A stretch of 56,074 nt of DNA, counting the filler, from Circinaria calcarea (Eukaryota): the NCBI GenBank assembly GCA_051942165.1. It is 2 parts of 2 records of this genome, joined end to end, with 100 filler letters (N's around TTAATTAATTAA, not from the genome) between each part and the next. Parts side by side here need not be neighbours in the genome. Positions count along the whole stretch, not along the records: positions 1 to 28,034 come from JAVECS010000060.1; 1 more part is not named here. One strand, 5' to 3'. Position numbers and translations under genes: made by a program. Position 1 is the stretch's first letter. Each line of letters starts with the position of its first letter. Shown piece after piece: positions 12,875 to 24,336 of the stretch. The notes beneath the pieces were generated by a model. It saw only the letters and a list, made by a program, of their open reading frames with translations. It searched no databases and was not told the origin of the DNA.

Positions 12875-14176
12875 GTGGCGTCTTTTACTCTATCAGACTA
12901 CTCGACACTGGCTCCGCTGTATGTGCACTCACTATATCAGCAGCTGTCGTCGCTCTTGCAGGATTTGAGCGGGCAAGCTGCGACCTCAGGCCAGCGCATC
13001 ATCGCCCACTTGCCCACCCCACTCGTCGAGTACATCGCCCACCTCGCTTCCAAAACCTCGCCCGGACTGCTCTACGCCGTCTTTCTGCCACTTCTGATCC
13101 TTCTGTTCTCCATGGCCAGCTGGCGCACCTACCTCAACGGCCGCTATTCACCTTTCGGCGCTCCCGCAACCCGCTCACCCCCTACAGTCTCCGAAGACGA
13201 CTACACCTACCTCGGCCCGGACGACATTGTCGACCCGCCTCGTCCACAACGGACCCTAGCACCGGGAGATAGTTATGGATTTCCTGCCACGTCTTCACGG
13301 CACCCATCCCGGAGTAACGCGGCTACGAATCCAGATGCCCCTGATATCCTCATCCTCAAGCACAAAGGACGGACTTATCCCTTACGTTTTCCGGCCTTTT
13401 CGGTTGGTGAAGGCCAGCTGGAAGTTAGAGACGTAAGACAAGCAGCTGCCAAGGTAACGGACTCGGGGGACCCACGGAGGGTCAAGTTGCTCTACAAAGG
13501 GAAGATATTGAAAGACGATGACGTGCCTTGCCGTGAGGAAGGGCTGAAGCAGAATAGCGAGCTGATGTGCGTCATCACGGAAGGCTTAGTGAACGGCCGC
13601 GGGGAAGGAGAAAGCAGTGAAAGCGCCGACGAAGATGAGATGAACCAATTAGGAGGTGGTGGCGTGCGTATCGAAGTCGACGGCTCCATTGCCGGCGGAA
13701 GCGGTGGACGGCGAAAGAAACGAAAAGGTCACCGAGGCGGCGCCAGGAAAAAGGGAGACTCGGGCGCAAACACTCCCCGCGATCCCCGAGACTCCAGCTA
13801 CCTCGCATCAGACAATTACACATCTAACCCCAACTCCGCGCCGAACTCCAACTCCCCTCTCCCTCCTGCTCAACCAGCCTCGTCCCGAACCGCTCCACCA
13901 CCCAGCTCCCCCCTTGCCAAAATCGAAGAGATCGCGTCGGCCTTCCACACGAAATTCGTCCCGCAATGCATCCAGTTCACGTCGAACCCACCCAGTGATG
14001 TCAAGACGCGGGACTTTGAGTACAAGAAGCTGAGCGAGACGATCCTGGCGCAGATCCTTCTGAAGTTGGACGAGGTGCAGACCGAAGGGGATGATGTGGC
14101 GAGAGGGAAGCGGAAGGAGCTGGTAAAGGAGACTCAGGCGCTGTTGAGCCGGTTGGATGCGGTGGGGAAGAGGTGA
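12875..14176 (+). CDS. BAG-domain Hsp70 co-chaperone with ubiquitin-like domain; first ATG at 13112, in-frame GTG at 12875
   Basis: UBL-like region ILILKHKGRTYPLRF..RVKLLYKGKILKDD..EGLKQNSELMCVI. C-terminal BAG domain FEYKKLSETILAQILLKLDEVQTEGDDVARGKRKELVKETQALLSRLD. Confidence 0.9.
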   Translation: MASFTLSDYSTLAPLYVHSLYQQLSSLLQDLSGQAATSGQRIIAHLPTPLVEYIAHLASKTSPGLLYAVFLPLLILLFSMASWRTYLNGRYSPFGAPATRSPPTVSEDDYTYLGPDDIVDPPRPQRTLAPGDSYGFPATSSRHPSRSNAATNPDAPDILILKHKGRTYPLRFPAFSVGEGQLEVRDVRQAAAKVTDSGDPRRVKLLYKGKILKDDDVPCREEGLKQNSELMCVITEGLVNGRGEGESSESADEDEMNQLGGGGVRIEVDGSIAGGSGGRRKKRKGHRGGARKKGDSGANTPRDPRDSSYLASDNYTSNPNSAPNSNSPLPPAQPASSRTAPPPSSPLAKIEEIASAFHTKFVPQCIQFTSNPPSDVKTRDFEYKKLSETILAQILLKLDEVQTEGDDVARGKRKELVKETQALLSRLDAVGKR

Positions 14177-14619
14177 GAAGGACGAACTGGGGAGGGGAAA
14201 GAGATGGGCTGGGGTCATGAATGGGGCACGAGGTGATGCAGCATTCGAGGCTTTGGAATGCGATGCTAGAAATTAGAGGTTTCCACCATACTGGTATCGG
14301 AAACCCGGCTATAAGGAAAAATATTTTACGACGATTACGCCTCCATCGAGCGGCGGCGTATTGGGTTGGTTTTCACGTAGATGGTTGTGTTTCGGAGAGA
14401 TGGGAGTAGAATTATATCAAGATAACTCCTCTCCGCCCTTCATATAGACGAATTCAAAACTCGGAAGATCATGTTTGGAGGTGGAAATCCGTATTTGGAG
14501 AGTCTTTCGATGCACGACGGTGCTATAACTACAGTCTTGGGTATCATATGCTGCGCAATCTAAACGCTCGCCCATGCACTTCCTTCCGAGGAATCATCCG
14601 ACCGATTTCGAACTCGACA

Positions 14620-16545
14620 TCATACCAGCACATAGAGAGCACACATCTATAGTGACGTTAGCTTCACATCCGAGGCCGTTTCCAGGAAAGGTCAATCCAT
14701 ACTATCGAAAGCCCCAGAATCATGGATATCCAGAAGAAAATATTCTGTACAACCAGTTAATCGGCTTCTGAGCCATATATCGAGATAATAGATGGGACTA
14801 GTAAACATACGTTCAACAGGGTCCGACCGCGGAATAGTTTGGTTCTCTGGAGTGCAACGATTGGCAACTGCAGATTCATCGCCACGAAACCATAGCCGCG
14901 GAGTTTCTTGGTGATGCAGCCCATGACTAATTCATGCAGAAGAGCGCTGACTAGGAAAGTCAACGCGGTAGACGTACCTCGCGACAAGTAGGGTCGCGAG
15001 GCACCGTAGACGTGTCGGCGGAGGAAGTGGTGGACGGGAATGTTCCATTCTCGAGAAAATTCAAGCCTGAAAAAGGTGGTCAACGGCAGTGGCCAGACTC
15101 TTGATACCACCAACCTACCAATCACAAGAATTCCACCAGTCGGAGTAGAAATGCCGATCGGCAAAGCAGGTGATTTCTGCAAATGCTCCTAGGACATATT
15201 CAAATACAGCCAGGAAAACGACCAAGAACATAACCATGAAGGGGAACAGAAGTAGACTAGTACTCTCTGCCAGGATGAGGCCCCTGTCCGTCCATTTGGT
15301 GGCACCTTCCAGTCGCAGGGCGGAATCGTTCAGCACCGGGACGATGAACTCCTCACTCGTAATGGTGAGGAGGAAAATACATCCAAATACCGCGAGGGTC
15401 TTCCAAAAAAGCTCCATCCACTGAGTCTTTTCAGTTCTTGGGTACTCAAGTTCATAACACAGGGTAGGACAAAGGAGATAGTCGACGTAGTTCCCGAGGG
15501 TCAGATTCTGGGGATATGTCACTTGGCCCAAGGGCGATGTTAGTTCTAATGCCAGATCTTCTCTCAACTGTGTCAATGCTTCTGTCTTATCTTTATCTTT
15601 TTTCTCTTTTCCTTTTTCCTGATCTAGCTCATGTAGGTTGGTACTGGAACTCGGATAGCGTACCGCGGCAGCGGTAGACGCCGTTTCAGGATGGTCAAGT
15701 GCATACAGACGTTTCTCCGTCGTACTCAAGTGGCCGTTGTAGAAAGAGTATGAATGCATCTTCATCAGGAGAACAATCGTATGAAGAGTAAAGAAGACCT
15801 GCGCTGTCCAGGTCCAATTCAACATGAATGGCCAGCTTCGCATGTCAGTACCGGATGCGCACTCGTGATTCTCGGCTTACTTGATCCACAGCACCATCCA
15901 GACAGCCTGAAATATACTTTGAATGGGCATTCCCCCTTTCGACCACCGAAGTGCCCCAGAGCTCCGTCTAAATATTATCTGCAAGGGGACACTCAATCCT
16001 GTACTGGACACCATTGCCAGGTCGCTCAGGGCCAATTGCCAGGTATTTGCTGTCAATAGTGCCCACGGCCGCACGCGTAAAGGATATCCAGTATCTTTGA
16101 TATTTCTCAACATTGTGGTGAGGACCATGATAGCCAAACCAATCCAAAACAAGACAAAGAACCCTCTGAAGTCTCTATAGTCACTCTTTGGGTCAAAGTG
16201 TGACACGCGGGCGGAGTAGTCAATTGTGGGAAAAAGACGATGCTTCTGCTGGGCTCGTATCTGTTTTCGAGCAGAGGATATAGACTGCACAGAAGGGGGG
16301 GCATCGGGAGGAACCGGGGTAGACCGGCCACTACAGTGTCATTAGCTGTAGAACATTCCACTTCGAACGAAGAGTATATACCTCGATACTCCGGATGGGA
16401 GGGTGTCTGTTGCTCCGTTTGGCCGTAACCCTCCATCTTCACTCTGGGCGCGAAATACCAGGGGATTTCCAGGCTTAACGGCGCGGGGCCGCAAGATCTG
16501 ATCATGACCTTTTTGCCCTTGATCTGAAGCCGTGGAAACCATCAT
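14620..16545 (-). CDS. ARE2: Sterol O-acyltransferase (ACAT, MBOAT family), 6 exons
   Basis: Exons 16545-16382, 16330-15881, 15835-15119, 15066-14811, 14744-14703 and 14646-14620. Motifs LMKMHSY, YLLCPTLCYELEYPRT, AEITCFADRHFYSDWWNSCDWLEFSREWNIPVHHFLRRHVY and the catalytic SALLHEL. ARE1 and ARE2 cannot be distinguished. Confidence 0.93.
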
Positions 16546-17072
16546 AAAAGGTTCGTGTACGAACGATGGTACATCTACAATGAGATTCTGGGTATAAACT
16601 ATCCAAATATTACCACTGACAGCTTCAGGGGTAAGTAGCCTTAATTCCGAGAGGAGGAAAGTGGCGTCTTTCGTACAGGTGTATATTGTGAGCAGAGGAG
16701 GTGACCGTTGGGCTGCCTCTGCTCCAAGAAGAATACGAGGACGTGGTCTCCATAAGCAAACGTGGCTCCAGAGTCACAAGGCATCCATGCGTCTGTTTGG
16801 ACATTTGGTAGGAATAAGGCTGACATCAGCCCCGTGGCACCGGCGGTCTTCGCCCCGGGACCCGGTAGCATCGGAGCATCGGTTTCCGGCAACTATCGAT
16901 GTAGGGCGCTCTGCGAACTTCGATGAACAGTGCCAGCGAATCAAATACCATCCGCTACAGAGTATTCTGTGGACCTTTCCTCACTTACTCCGACGTATGC
17001 CATGAAGATATCGTGAGGACCCTCCGTAATGCCCATAAGCCTCCTGAAGGCCTGGGCTAGCGTACTCCCATC

Positions 17073-19796
17073 ATGAGTTCCTGTAAGCCACTTGCTATCC
17101 GCCGGTCGTCAGATCTAGCTACTGAATATTATCCCCAGTGAAACAATTCATCCGCAATGTGCGTGCGTCCAAAACAATCGCAGATGAGCGGGCTGTTGTT
17201 CAGAAAGAAAGCGCAGCAATTCGCGCGAGCTTCAGAGAGGAGAGCGGGGACTCTAATGTTAGGTTCGTTGGAGATCATGTATAAATGGGTCAGGGCTGAT
17301 ATATCGTAGGAGGAACAATGTGGCCAAACTCCTGTATCTTTTCACCTTGGGTGAGAGAACGCACTTTGGGCAGATAGAATGTCTCAAGCTACTTGCTTCA
17401 CCCCGATTCGCAGACAAGAGACTGGGGTACTTGGGGACAATGTTATTGTTAGACGAGAACCAGGAAGTCCTGACCCTCGTCACGAATTCCTTGAGCAAGT
17501 GAGATACCTGCTGTACTGGGTCTTTGTCAGGATGCTGATGTCTGCTTCGGCACAGCGATTTGAACCATCCCAATCAATATGTTGTCGGCCTTGCGCTTTG
17601 CACTTTAGGGAACATTGCGTCCATCGAAATGTCCCGGGATCTTTTCACAGTAGTCGAGACCCTCCTATCAACAGCGAACCCTTATATACGGAGGAAAGCT
17701 GCATTGTGTGCGATGCGCATTTGTCGTAAAGTTCCCGATCTGCAAGAGAATTTCCTTGAGAAAGCCAAGCTTCTATTGAATGACCGGAACCACGGTGTCC
17801 TACTATGTGGTCTTACCCTTGTCACCAGCATGTGTGAGGCAGATGAGGCAGAAGGTGGCGAAGAAGGCATAGTGGAGATGTTCAGGCCGCTCACCGTTAC
17901 CTTGGTGAAGACACTGAAGGGTCTTGCCAGCTCAGGATATGCGCCAGAGCATGATGTGACGGGCATTACTGATCCATTCCTTCAGGTTAAGATCCTAAGG
18001 CTGCTGCGGGTGCTGGGTAGAGGGGACGCACATACTAGCGAACAGATTAATGATATACTGGCCCAGGTTGCAACGAATACTGATTCCTCGAAAAACGTCG
18101 GTAATTCCATTCTCTACGAGGCTGTCCTTACGATTCTCGACATCGAAGCAGATTCTGGTTTGAGGGTGTTGGGTGTCAACATTCTTGGGAAGTTTCTTGC
18201 CAACAAAGATAACAATATAAGATACGTGGCTCTCAATACACTCGTTAAAGTCGTTGCCGTAGAGCCAAATGCGGTGCAGCGACATCGAAATACCATTCTC
18301 GAATGCCTTCGGGACCCAGATATCAGCATTAGGCGGAGGGCGATGGAACTTAGCTTTACACTCATCAACGAAGGCAATGTCAGTCTACTCATTCGCGAAC
18401 TACTTGTCTTTCTAGAAATAGCAGATAATGAGTTTAAACCGTACATGACAAACCAGATCGGAGTTGCAGCAGACCGGTTTGCGCCTAACAAGAGATGGCA
18501 TGTTGACACTATGTTAAGGGTTCTAAAACTGGCTGGTAATTACGTGAAGGAACAACTCTTGTCATCATTTGTCCGGCTCATCGCCACCAGTCCTGATCAG
18601 CAAACATACTGCGTTCAGAAGTTATATGCAAGTCTAAAGGAAGACATTACCCAAGAAGGTCTGACATTGGCGGGTGCTTGGATTATCGGCGAGTTTGGTG
18701 ACTTGCTCATACGGGGTGGCGGATATGAAGAAGAAGAGCTAGTCCGCAAGGTTGAGGAAAGTGAGATTGTTGATCTCTTTACCACTATTCTCAACAGCGC
18801 CTACGCAACCCAAATCGTGACCGAATACATTGTCACCTCGGCGATGAAGCTTACCACAAGGCTCCAAGATCCCTCCCAAATAGATCGAATACGAAGGATA
18901 CTCTCAAGTCGAACAGCAGACCTCAGTATCGAAATCCAACAAAGAGCGGTCGAGTATGGCAATCTCTTTGCTTACGATTCAATTCGTAAGGGCGTGCTTG
19001 AAAGGATGCCACCACCTGAAATACACGATGCACAGAGAGTGTTTGGTGAGACCTCTACTCGCCAAAAGAAAGCTGCAGCAAAGGTACCGAAATCGAATAA
19101 GCAAATCCAAGCGGAGGATCTGTTGGACCTTGTTGGCGCTGCAGGGCCCATGGATTCCAACTATTCTACAGGTATGAACGGCTCACAGAACAACGCAAGC
19201 CTACTCGAGGATATCCTCGGAGGTAGCAACTTAACATCATCGCCCGCACCACAACCCAGGAAATCCAACGCCCAAGACATTATGGGGCTTTTCGGCACCG
19301 AACCCAACGGCCATTCCTCACAACCTCCCCAACAGACTTCTTCCGCATACGGTGACCTTATTGGCACACAGCCGCAACCATCAGCTTCACCTGCAAATGG
19401 GACAGTATCACATCCTGTTTACCACAACCATGATATAAGCCTCACTATGCAAGTACAACGGAGTGGGCCGGTAGCCCAGGTGCTCGCTCGTTTCCGAAAT
19501 GAAAGTGCCTTTGATCAATTCACCGGTGTTGGATTACAGGCTGCTGTCCCGAAATCTCAGAAACTGCAGCTCAATGCCATAAGTAAAGCTGACCTTGACA
19601 GTGGGGAAGAAGCTATACAGCAGATGCGGGTAACGGCCGTGAGTGGGGTAAGTCGTTCTCGTCGATGATCAACGTCGTATATTAACGACTGTCAAAGGCA
19701 CTCCCAGCGAAGCTTAGGTTACGGCTGAAGGTCAGCTTCACAAAACCTGGGCTTGGCCCTATTATAGAGCAGGTGGATTGGTCAGAACCAACGTAG
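17073..19796 (+). CDS. APL4: AP-1 adaptor complex gamma subunit, 5 exons
   Basis: Exons 17073-17082, 17139-17262, 17310-17498, 17556-19647 and 19698-19796. The protein begins [21 protein letters not shown] and has [10 protein letters not shown] and [18 protein letters not shown], then a gamma-adaptin ear domain ([20 protein letters not shown]). Confidence 0.96.
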
Positions 19797-20615
19797 TTTA
19801 TTATCTATGAGTGTTTTCTAAAGCGAGTATGGATGCATTAAAATGGCGCGACATGATTACATGAGGTAGGGCAAAGGCAAGCTGGTATCAATGTACCAAT
19901 TGAGCCTACTGAAAAGAGGATTGTTGCTATCATGAATGGGTGAGGTTCTAAGCTACAAATGGAAGGCATAAATAAGCCATACAGCAGCGTGTCAAGATAT
20001 ACGCTCCACACTACGGTGCATTTTTACTCTAGTACCGTTGATGTTCCTTTGAGTAAGCTGGACGAAAGGTGATGCCTTTCAAGTACCCTTGGACTCATGG
20101 TCAGAAGAGGGCGTTTTACATCATTTCTCCTTTGAATAGAGTCTGCTACATACACTATTTCAGAGCAGTTTCTTCGCAATCTTGAATTTTTCTTCTTACT
20201 ATGCGACCGCCGTTGAATATCACTAAGTGGGATTGCAGGTACGTAAGATATATGGCATCCATATTGGATAAAAGAATGATGAGGTCTAAGACCGGCAGTT
20301 TGTTTTACCGCTACTCCGTATGCTGATGTTGTTACACTCGCTACGCTCCTTTTCTTAGCCAACAAAAGTCGTTGCCAATGGAAAACAGTCAGTGTACGAG
20401 GGGAATGCTCCATTCCCAATACCTATAGATCGAGTCTCAAACAGGATATATATGCGCTCAAAGTCTTACTTTATTCGACGAGCTATCATTCCTGTGTGAG
20501 GGGTCCTCCGGTACCATATTTTTGTTTCTGCAACGACTTTTGCTCACCCGCCTCGTAACTGTCCTCGTAAGCGCCTTCCCTTTACGAAGCAGAAAACGAC
20601 CTATACACCCACACA

Positions 20616-22178
20616 TCACTCTTCCCCAAACTTCTTCGTCTTCTTCAAGATTCTTCCCCTCCCACCCCTGCTCCTCACCGGCCCCTCCGCCTTCCCTTTC
20701 TTCACTTTCTGTTCCATGGCACCCGTTTTCTGCCTTTTCGTTCTAGGCTCCGCAGATCCTGTTTCTGTATCGGCGGACGTGTCCTTCACCGCACCATCCC
20801 CGACATCTTTAGGTATAACGAGGCTAGAGCTAGCCTCGATGATAAATTGCTCTATTTGATTCTCAGACGTGGTTTTGGCTTGGACAGCTGCCTTCATCTT
20901 ACGTGAAGCTGCGGTGGGGGATCCCTTTGGAATCGTCTCGTGTCTGGCACCCGCGTCGGGAACTTTGGGTGGAGGTGGCATCGCAGCTCGGTCTGCCTCG
21001 AGCCTTGCTTCCCGAGCGGCGGCGGAGTCTTCGACGTGGCCAGAGGTGGAAGCGAGACAAGCTTGTCTCGGAGTATTCAAGATCAGGACTAGTCGGCCAT
21101 CAACGACGGCCTGGGAGCCGGTGGCAAGGTGTTCAGCGAGCGTGTTTGACGTTGGCTGACTGACTCGCCCTTTGCCCTCTACCTCTTCTTCGGCCTCGAC
21201 TTCGTCTTCACTTTCCGTCTCATCCCCATCCAACATCTGTGCCACTTTGTGCCTTTTCAAGGCCTTGTCCCTCACATCCAGCAATAAGCTAGCGGCGTCC
21301 TGCAGGTGCCTTCTTTCCTCGAAGCTTTTCGGGAACTGTCGCTGGCGGAGCTCGAGTGCTAGAACGCCCTCAGCGCGTTCGCAGCGGATCTCAAATGGGA
21401 CGCCAAATCCATATGCGTCTATAGAGGCGGCGCACAAGTCTTGCCAGCCTCCTTCTGTCCCAGGATCGCTCTGGGAGGATGTCTCGTCGACGGAGAATAC
21501 CTCGTCCTGCCTGTCAATATCTTCACCGTCAGAGTCCTCCACGGACATAATCTCTCCTCCCTCCTCGCTCTCCTCGTTGTCGCCAGAGCCGCAATACAAC
21601 GCTAGTCCATCAAGCCCATCCAGCAATGGCCTATTCGCCTGTGCTCTCCTTGCCGCTTCCTCCTTTAAACCTTTGAGCCGCCTCTGATGCTGCTCTTCCT
21701 CTCTGTCTTTTCGCATCATCGCCATCCACTCTGGACTCGGCGTTCTTAACAATTTGCTTTTTCCTTTGTCATGATAAGCCTTCAAGGCCACGGTCCGCGC
21801 GAAGTGAGATTCCTTGCTTGACGGGTCTAGCTTCCACAAGCGCTCGATTCCAGGCTCAACCTCTCTTTCTGCGACCTTCGACCGTAATACACGATAAGTG
21901 GAAGACATAAAGTCAGATTCGGTGTCTTGTACTTCGGACGGCATATCCCAAAAGCTCACAGGTGTTGGGGGTGAATCTACCGGCACCTCGACTACGTCTC
22001 CGCTGCCCTTGGTTGACCCAGAACCGCTAGAGCTCGTCAACAATCTTCTCCTCGGGTCGATGAGGCTCCCATTGCGCAGGAGAATGAGGCTATGGAGGAG
22101 TTCGAGGTCTTCAGGGCTACAGGCGGAGAGACAGTGGAGAGAGGCTCGAGAGGAGTAGGTAGGGATTTGGTGAGACAT
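20616..22178 (-). CDS. Hypothetical acidic/disordered 520-aa protein with basic C-terminal tail
   Basis: Uninterrupted 1563-bp ATG-initiated ORF with E/D-rich tracts and a K/R-rich tail (RSRGGRGRILKKTKKF). No domain recognised. Confidence 0.65.
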   Translation of the reverse strand: MSHQIPTYSSRASLHCLSACSPEDLELLHSLILLRNGSLIDPRRRLLTSSSGSGSTKGSGDVVEVPVDSPPTPVSFWDMPSEVQDTESDFMSSTYRVLRSKVAEREVEPGIERLWKLDPSSKESHFARTVALKAYHDKGKSKLLRTPSPEWMAMMRKDREEEQHQRRLKGLKEEAARRAQANRPLLDGLDGLALYCGSGDNEESEEGGEIMSVEDSDGEDIDRQDEVFSVDETSSQSDPGTEGGWQDLCAASIDAYGFGVPFEIRCERAEGVLALELRQRQFPKSFEERRHLQDAASLLLDVRDKALKRHKVAQMLDGDETESEDEVEAEEEVEGKGRVSQPTSNTLAEHLATGSQAVVDGRLVLILNTPRQACLASTSGHVEDSAAAREARLEADRAAMPPPPKVPDAGARHETIPKGSPTAASRKMKAAVQAKTTSENQIEQFIIEASSSLVIPKDVGDGAVKDTSADTETGSAEPRTKRQKTGAMEQKVKKGKAEGPVRSRGGRGRILKKTKKFGEE

Positions 22179-22298
22179 GTCAAGAAAATCGGGGGCAAGG
22201 AGGTGGACATTGAAAGGAGGGTAGGTGATCAGGGGAAAATCTCATAGATCCTGATTGATGCTTAATAAAAATGTATCCAAACACTTTTCCCGTTGCTT

Positions 22299-22334
22299 AC
22301 TCTGGACGAAACAAGCACTCTGGACGAAACAAGC
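22299..22334. repeat. 18-bp direct tandem duplication (ACTCTGGACGAAACAAGC x2)
   Basis: Two perfect adjacent copies at 22299-22316 and 22317-22334, at the shift from GC-rich to AT-rich sequence. Confidence 0.9.
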
Positions 22335-22720
22335 AAGTATCGTTCATATAGTCCAAGGATGAATGGACCTCCAAAATACCAGTGAACAGAAAACGTATAT
22401 AGTCAATAGGAAAGAATTTCCATGACGGACTCAATTCAGGGCTTGAAGAAATATAGTTATTGCTTGTTATATACACCTCACTCTCAACATTCCCTGCATC
22501 CCAATATATATCCCCTACATAGGCCAGTTTGAATCGAAATGATATTTTACCCGCCACTAACAGTCGTTATCTAAAAACCGAATTTAAATATATCGAATAG
22601 AACCCCATTTCAGCTTAGAATATATAATATTTAAAAAATTGTGTGCGTGAGTAGAAAAAATAAAATATATTAAGCTATAACAATCAATTATGGCTTAGTG
22701 GAGTAATTGGTGAATTTATT

Positions 22721-23839
22721 TTATGTAGAATTTATAAGACTTTTAACAGATGCCCATGCTTGTACAATTCCTGTAATGGATTGGATTAATCCAAAAACGA
22801 TTGTCAGCGCCAATATCAACACTGCTACCCAGAAGGTGTACCATTGGACCTTCTTTCGATCGTCGTTCCACCACTGTTGAATTTTCTTTGGCTCGGAATC
22901 ATCGAAAACTTGCTTTAATATCACGAGACGGTCCCGCCAGTATTTAAATTCCCCAATCTGACGGCCAGCAGTATTCAGGTGTCCACAAGAGCATGCCTTG
23001 AAGTCAAGGCATCCCCGCTCCTGTTGCTTTGCACGTCGTCCTTGCTTCGCACGGAACCATTTCCTCACTGTCTGGTTGTTAGGAGGAAGAAGAAGCGAGA
23101 GTGTGCGGAGAGTCTCGTCCACGAATCCAGGAGGAAAGGCATGGCTTATAATGTTCTGGTGAGCACGGTGTCAATACTGATAAAAGTACCAGGTAACCTA
23201 CTAAGCCGAGTCTCGATGGAGTTCTAGAAATGTAGCATGATGGAAAATCATGACTCGGGTATCGTCGTCTTTCATAAGGAGATGATCGGCTAAATTGTTT
23301 GTCCAAGATACTCGTATGCCTGCGACCCTCTCCAGGTTACAGGCGTTGAATATCTTCTCGAGTTTCACCGTGGACTCAATTTCGTGCCGGCCTGAGAACA
23401 CTCCACCTATCAGATCATCCAAAGTCTCCTCTCGCCACATGATTTGGGTACTTCCCGGCGTCAAACTATGACCGATATCACCTATATACATCATAAGCCA
23501 TAGTCTAGCAGCTAAGGCAATGAAGGCGTCCACGTCTTTGCCATCGCCAGCGGGGTTGATGCTTGGACACAGTTTTTGCTTGATAGATTCGAGGTTCTCT
23601 CTGCCATCTTTCAAACACCTAATGACCTCCAAAATATCTTGATGGCTTTTGACTGTGATGCGGGACTGACTACATTGGTCTTCATAATACCTAAAATAAG
23701 ATTGGACTTTATCTGCTAAATTGGCGAAATGCTTCTCGTCGTGATCTGTGTTCCAGACTGCATTGAAGATTGATCTGCGAGCGCTGGGTTGCAGGGGAGT
23801 GCGCGAGACCGGGTCAAGTAAGCTCGCCATCATTAACAT
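22721..23839 (-). CDS. Uncharacterised fungal protein with C-terminal transmembrane segment, 2 exons
   Basis: Exons 23839-23202 and 23144-22721, with a GTAGGT..AAG intron at 23201-23145, give a continuous frame. Motifs YFRYY, LAARLWLM, WTNNLADHL, IFHHATFL, DETLRTLSLLLP, YWRDRLVILKQVFD and QWYTFWVAVLILALTIVFGLIQS. Confidence 0.8.
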
Positions 23840-24336
23840 CGGTGGCCAACAGATTTGGTGCGGATTTTTTCTAGTTGATTATGAAGTCTGCTTTAAAAGC
23901 CTCAAGCACCGTAGGCATATCAGCCTTGCCCAGCAACTGCGGATTCGCGTCAGGTGGACCCCGGTCTTAGAGGGGATCGCTAAGCTTCCCGGGGAAAAAA
24001 ATCGCCCGGTATTTTTGTAATACCGGCCGACACCCTCCCCCCCCCGAAAATTAAGTGACGACCCATAAAAGCCGGGGGTTAGGTAGCGCACTCGTCCACC
24101 TCTTTTAGCTGAATAAAGAAATATCTAGATAGAATAACTCATTCAGCATCGTCAATTATCCCAAACTCTTGGAAAATCTAAGATGTATGTATATATTATT
24201 CTCAACTTCATGCATCGCTACTAAAGACACGACTGGCGGTGCTTATGCTGCATTCGTGGGCCACAGGACTACACCGAAGGAACCATCAAAAGTAGTACAT
24301 CGGCTGCGTCTCCAAGTTGCTCAGAATCAGGTGACT

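Noticed and set aside
22297..22557. 86-aa minus-strand ORF at the boundary
   Set aside because: It has a GTG start, no recognisable motif and an end formed by the 18-bp duplication. It may be a relic but cannot be supported.
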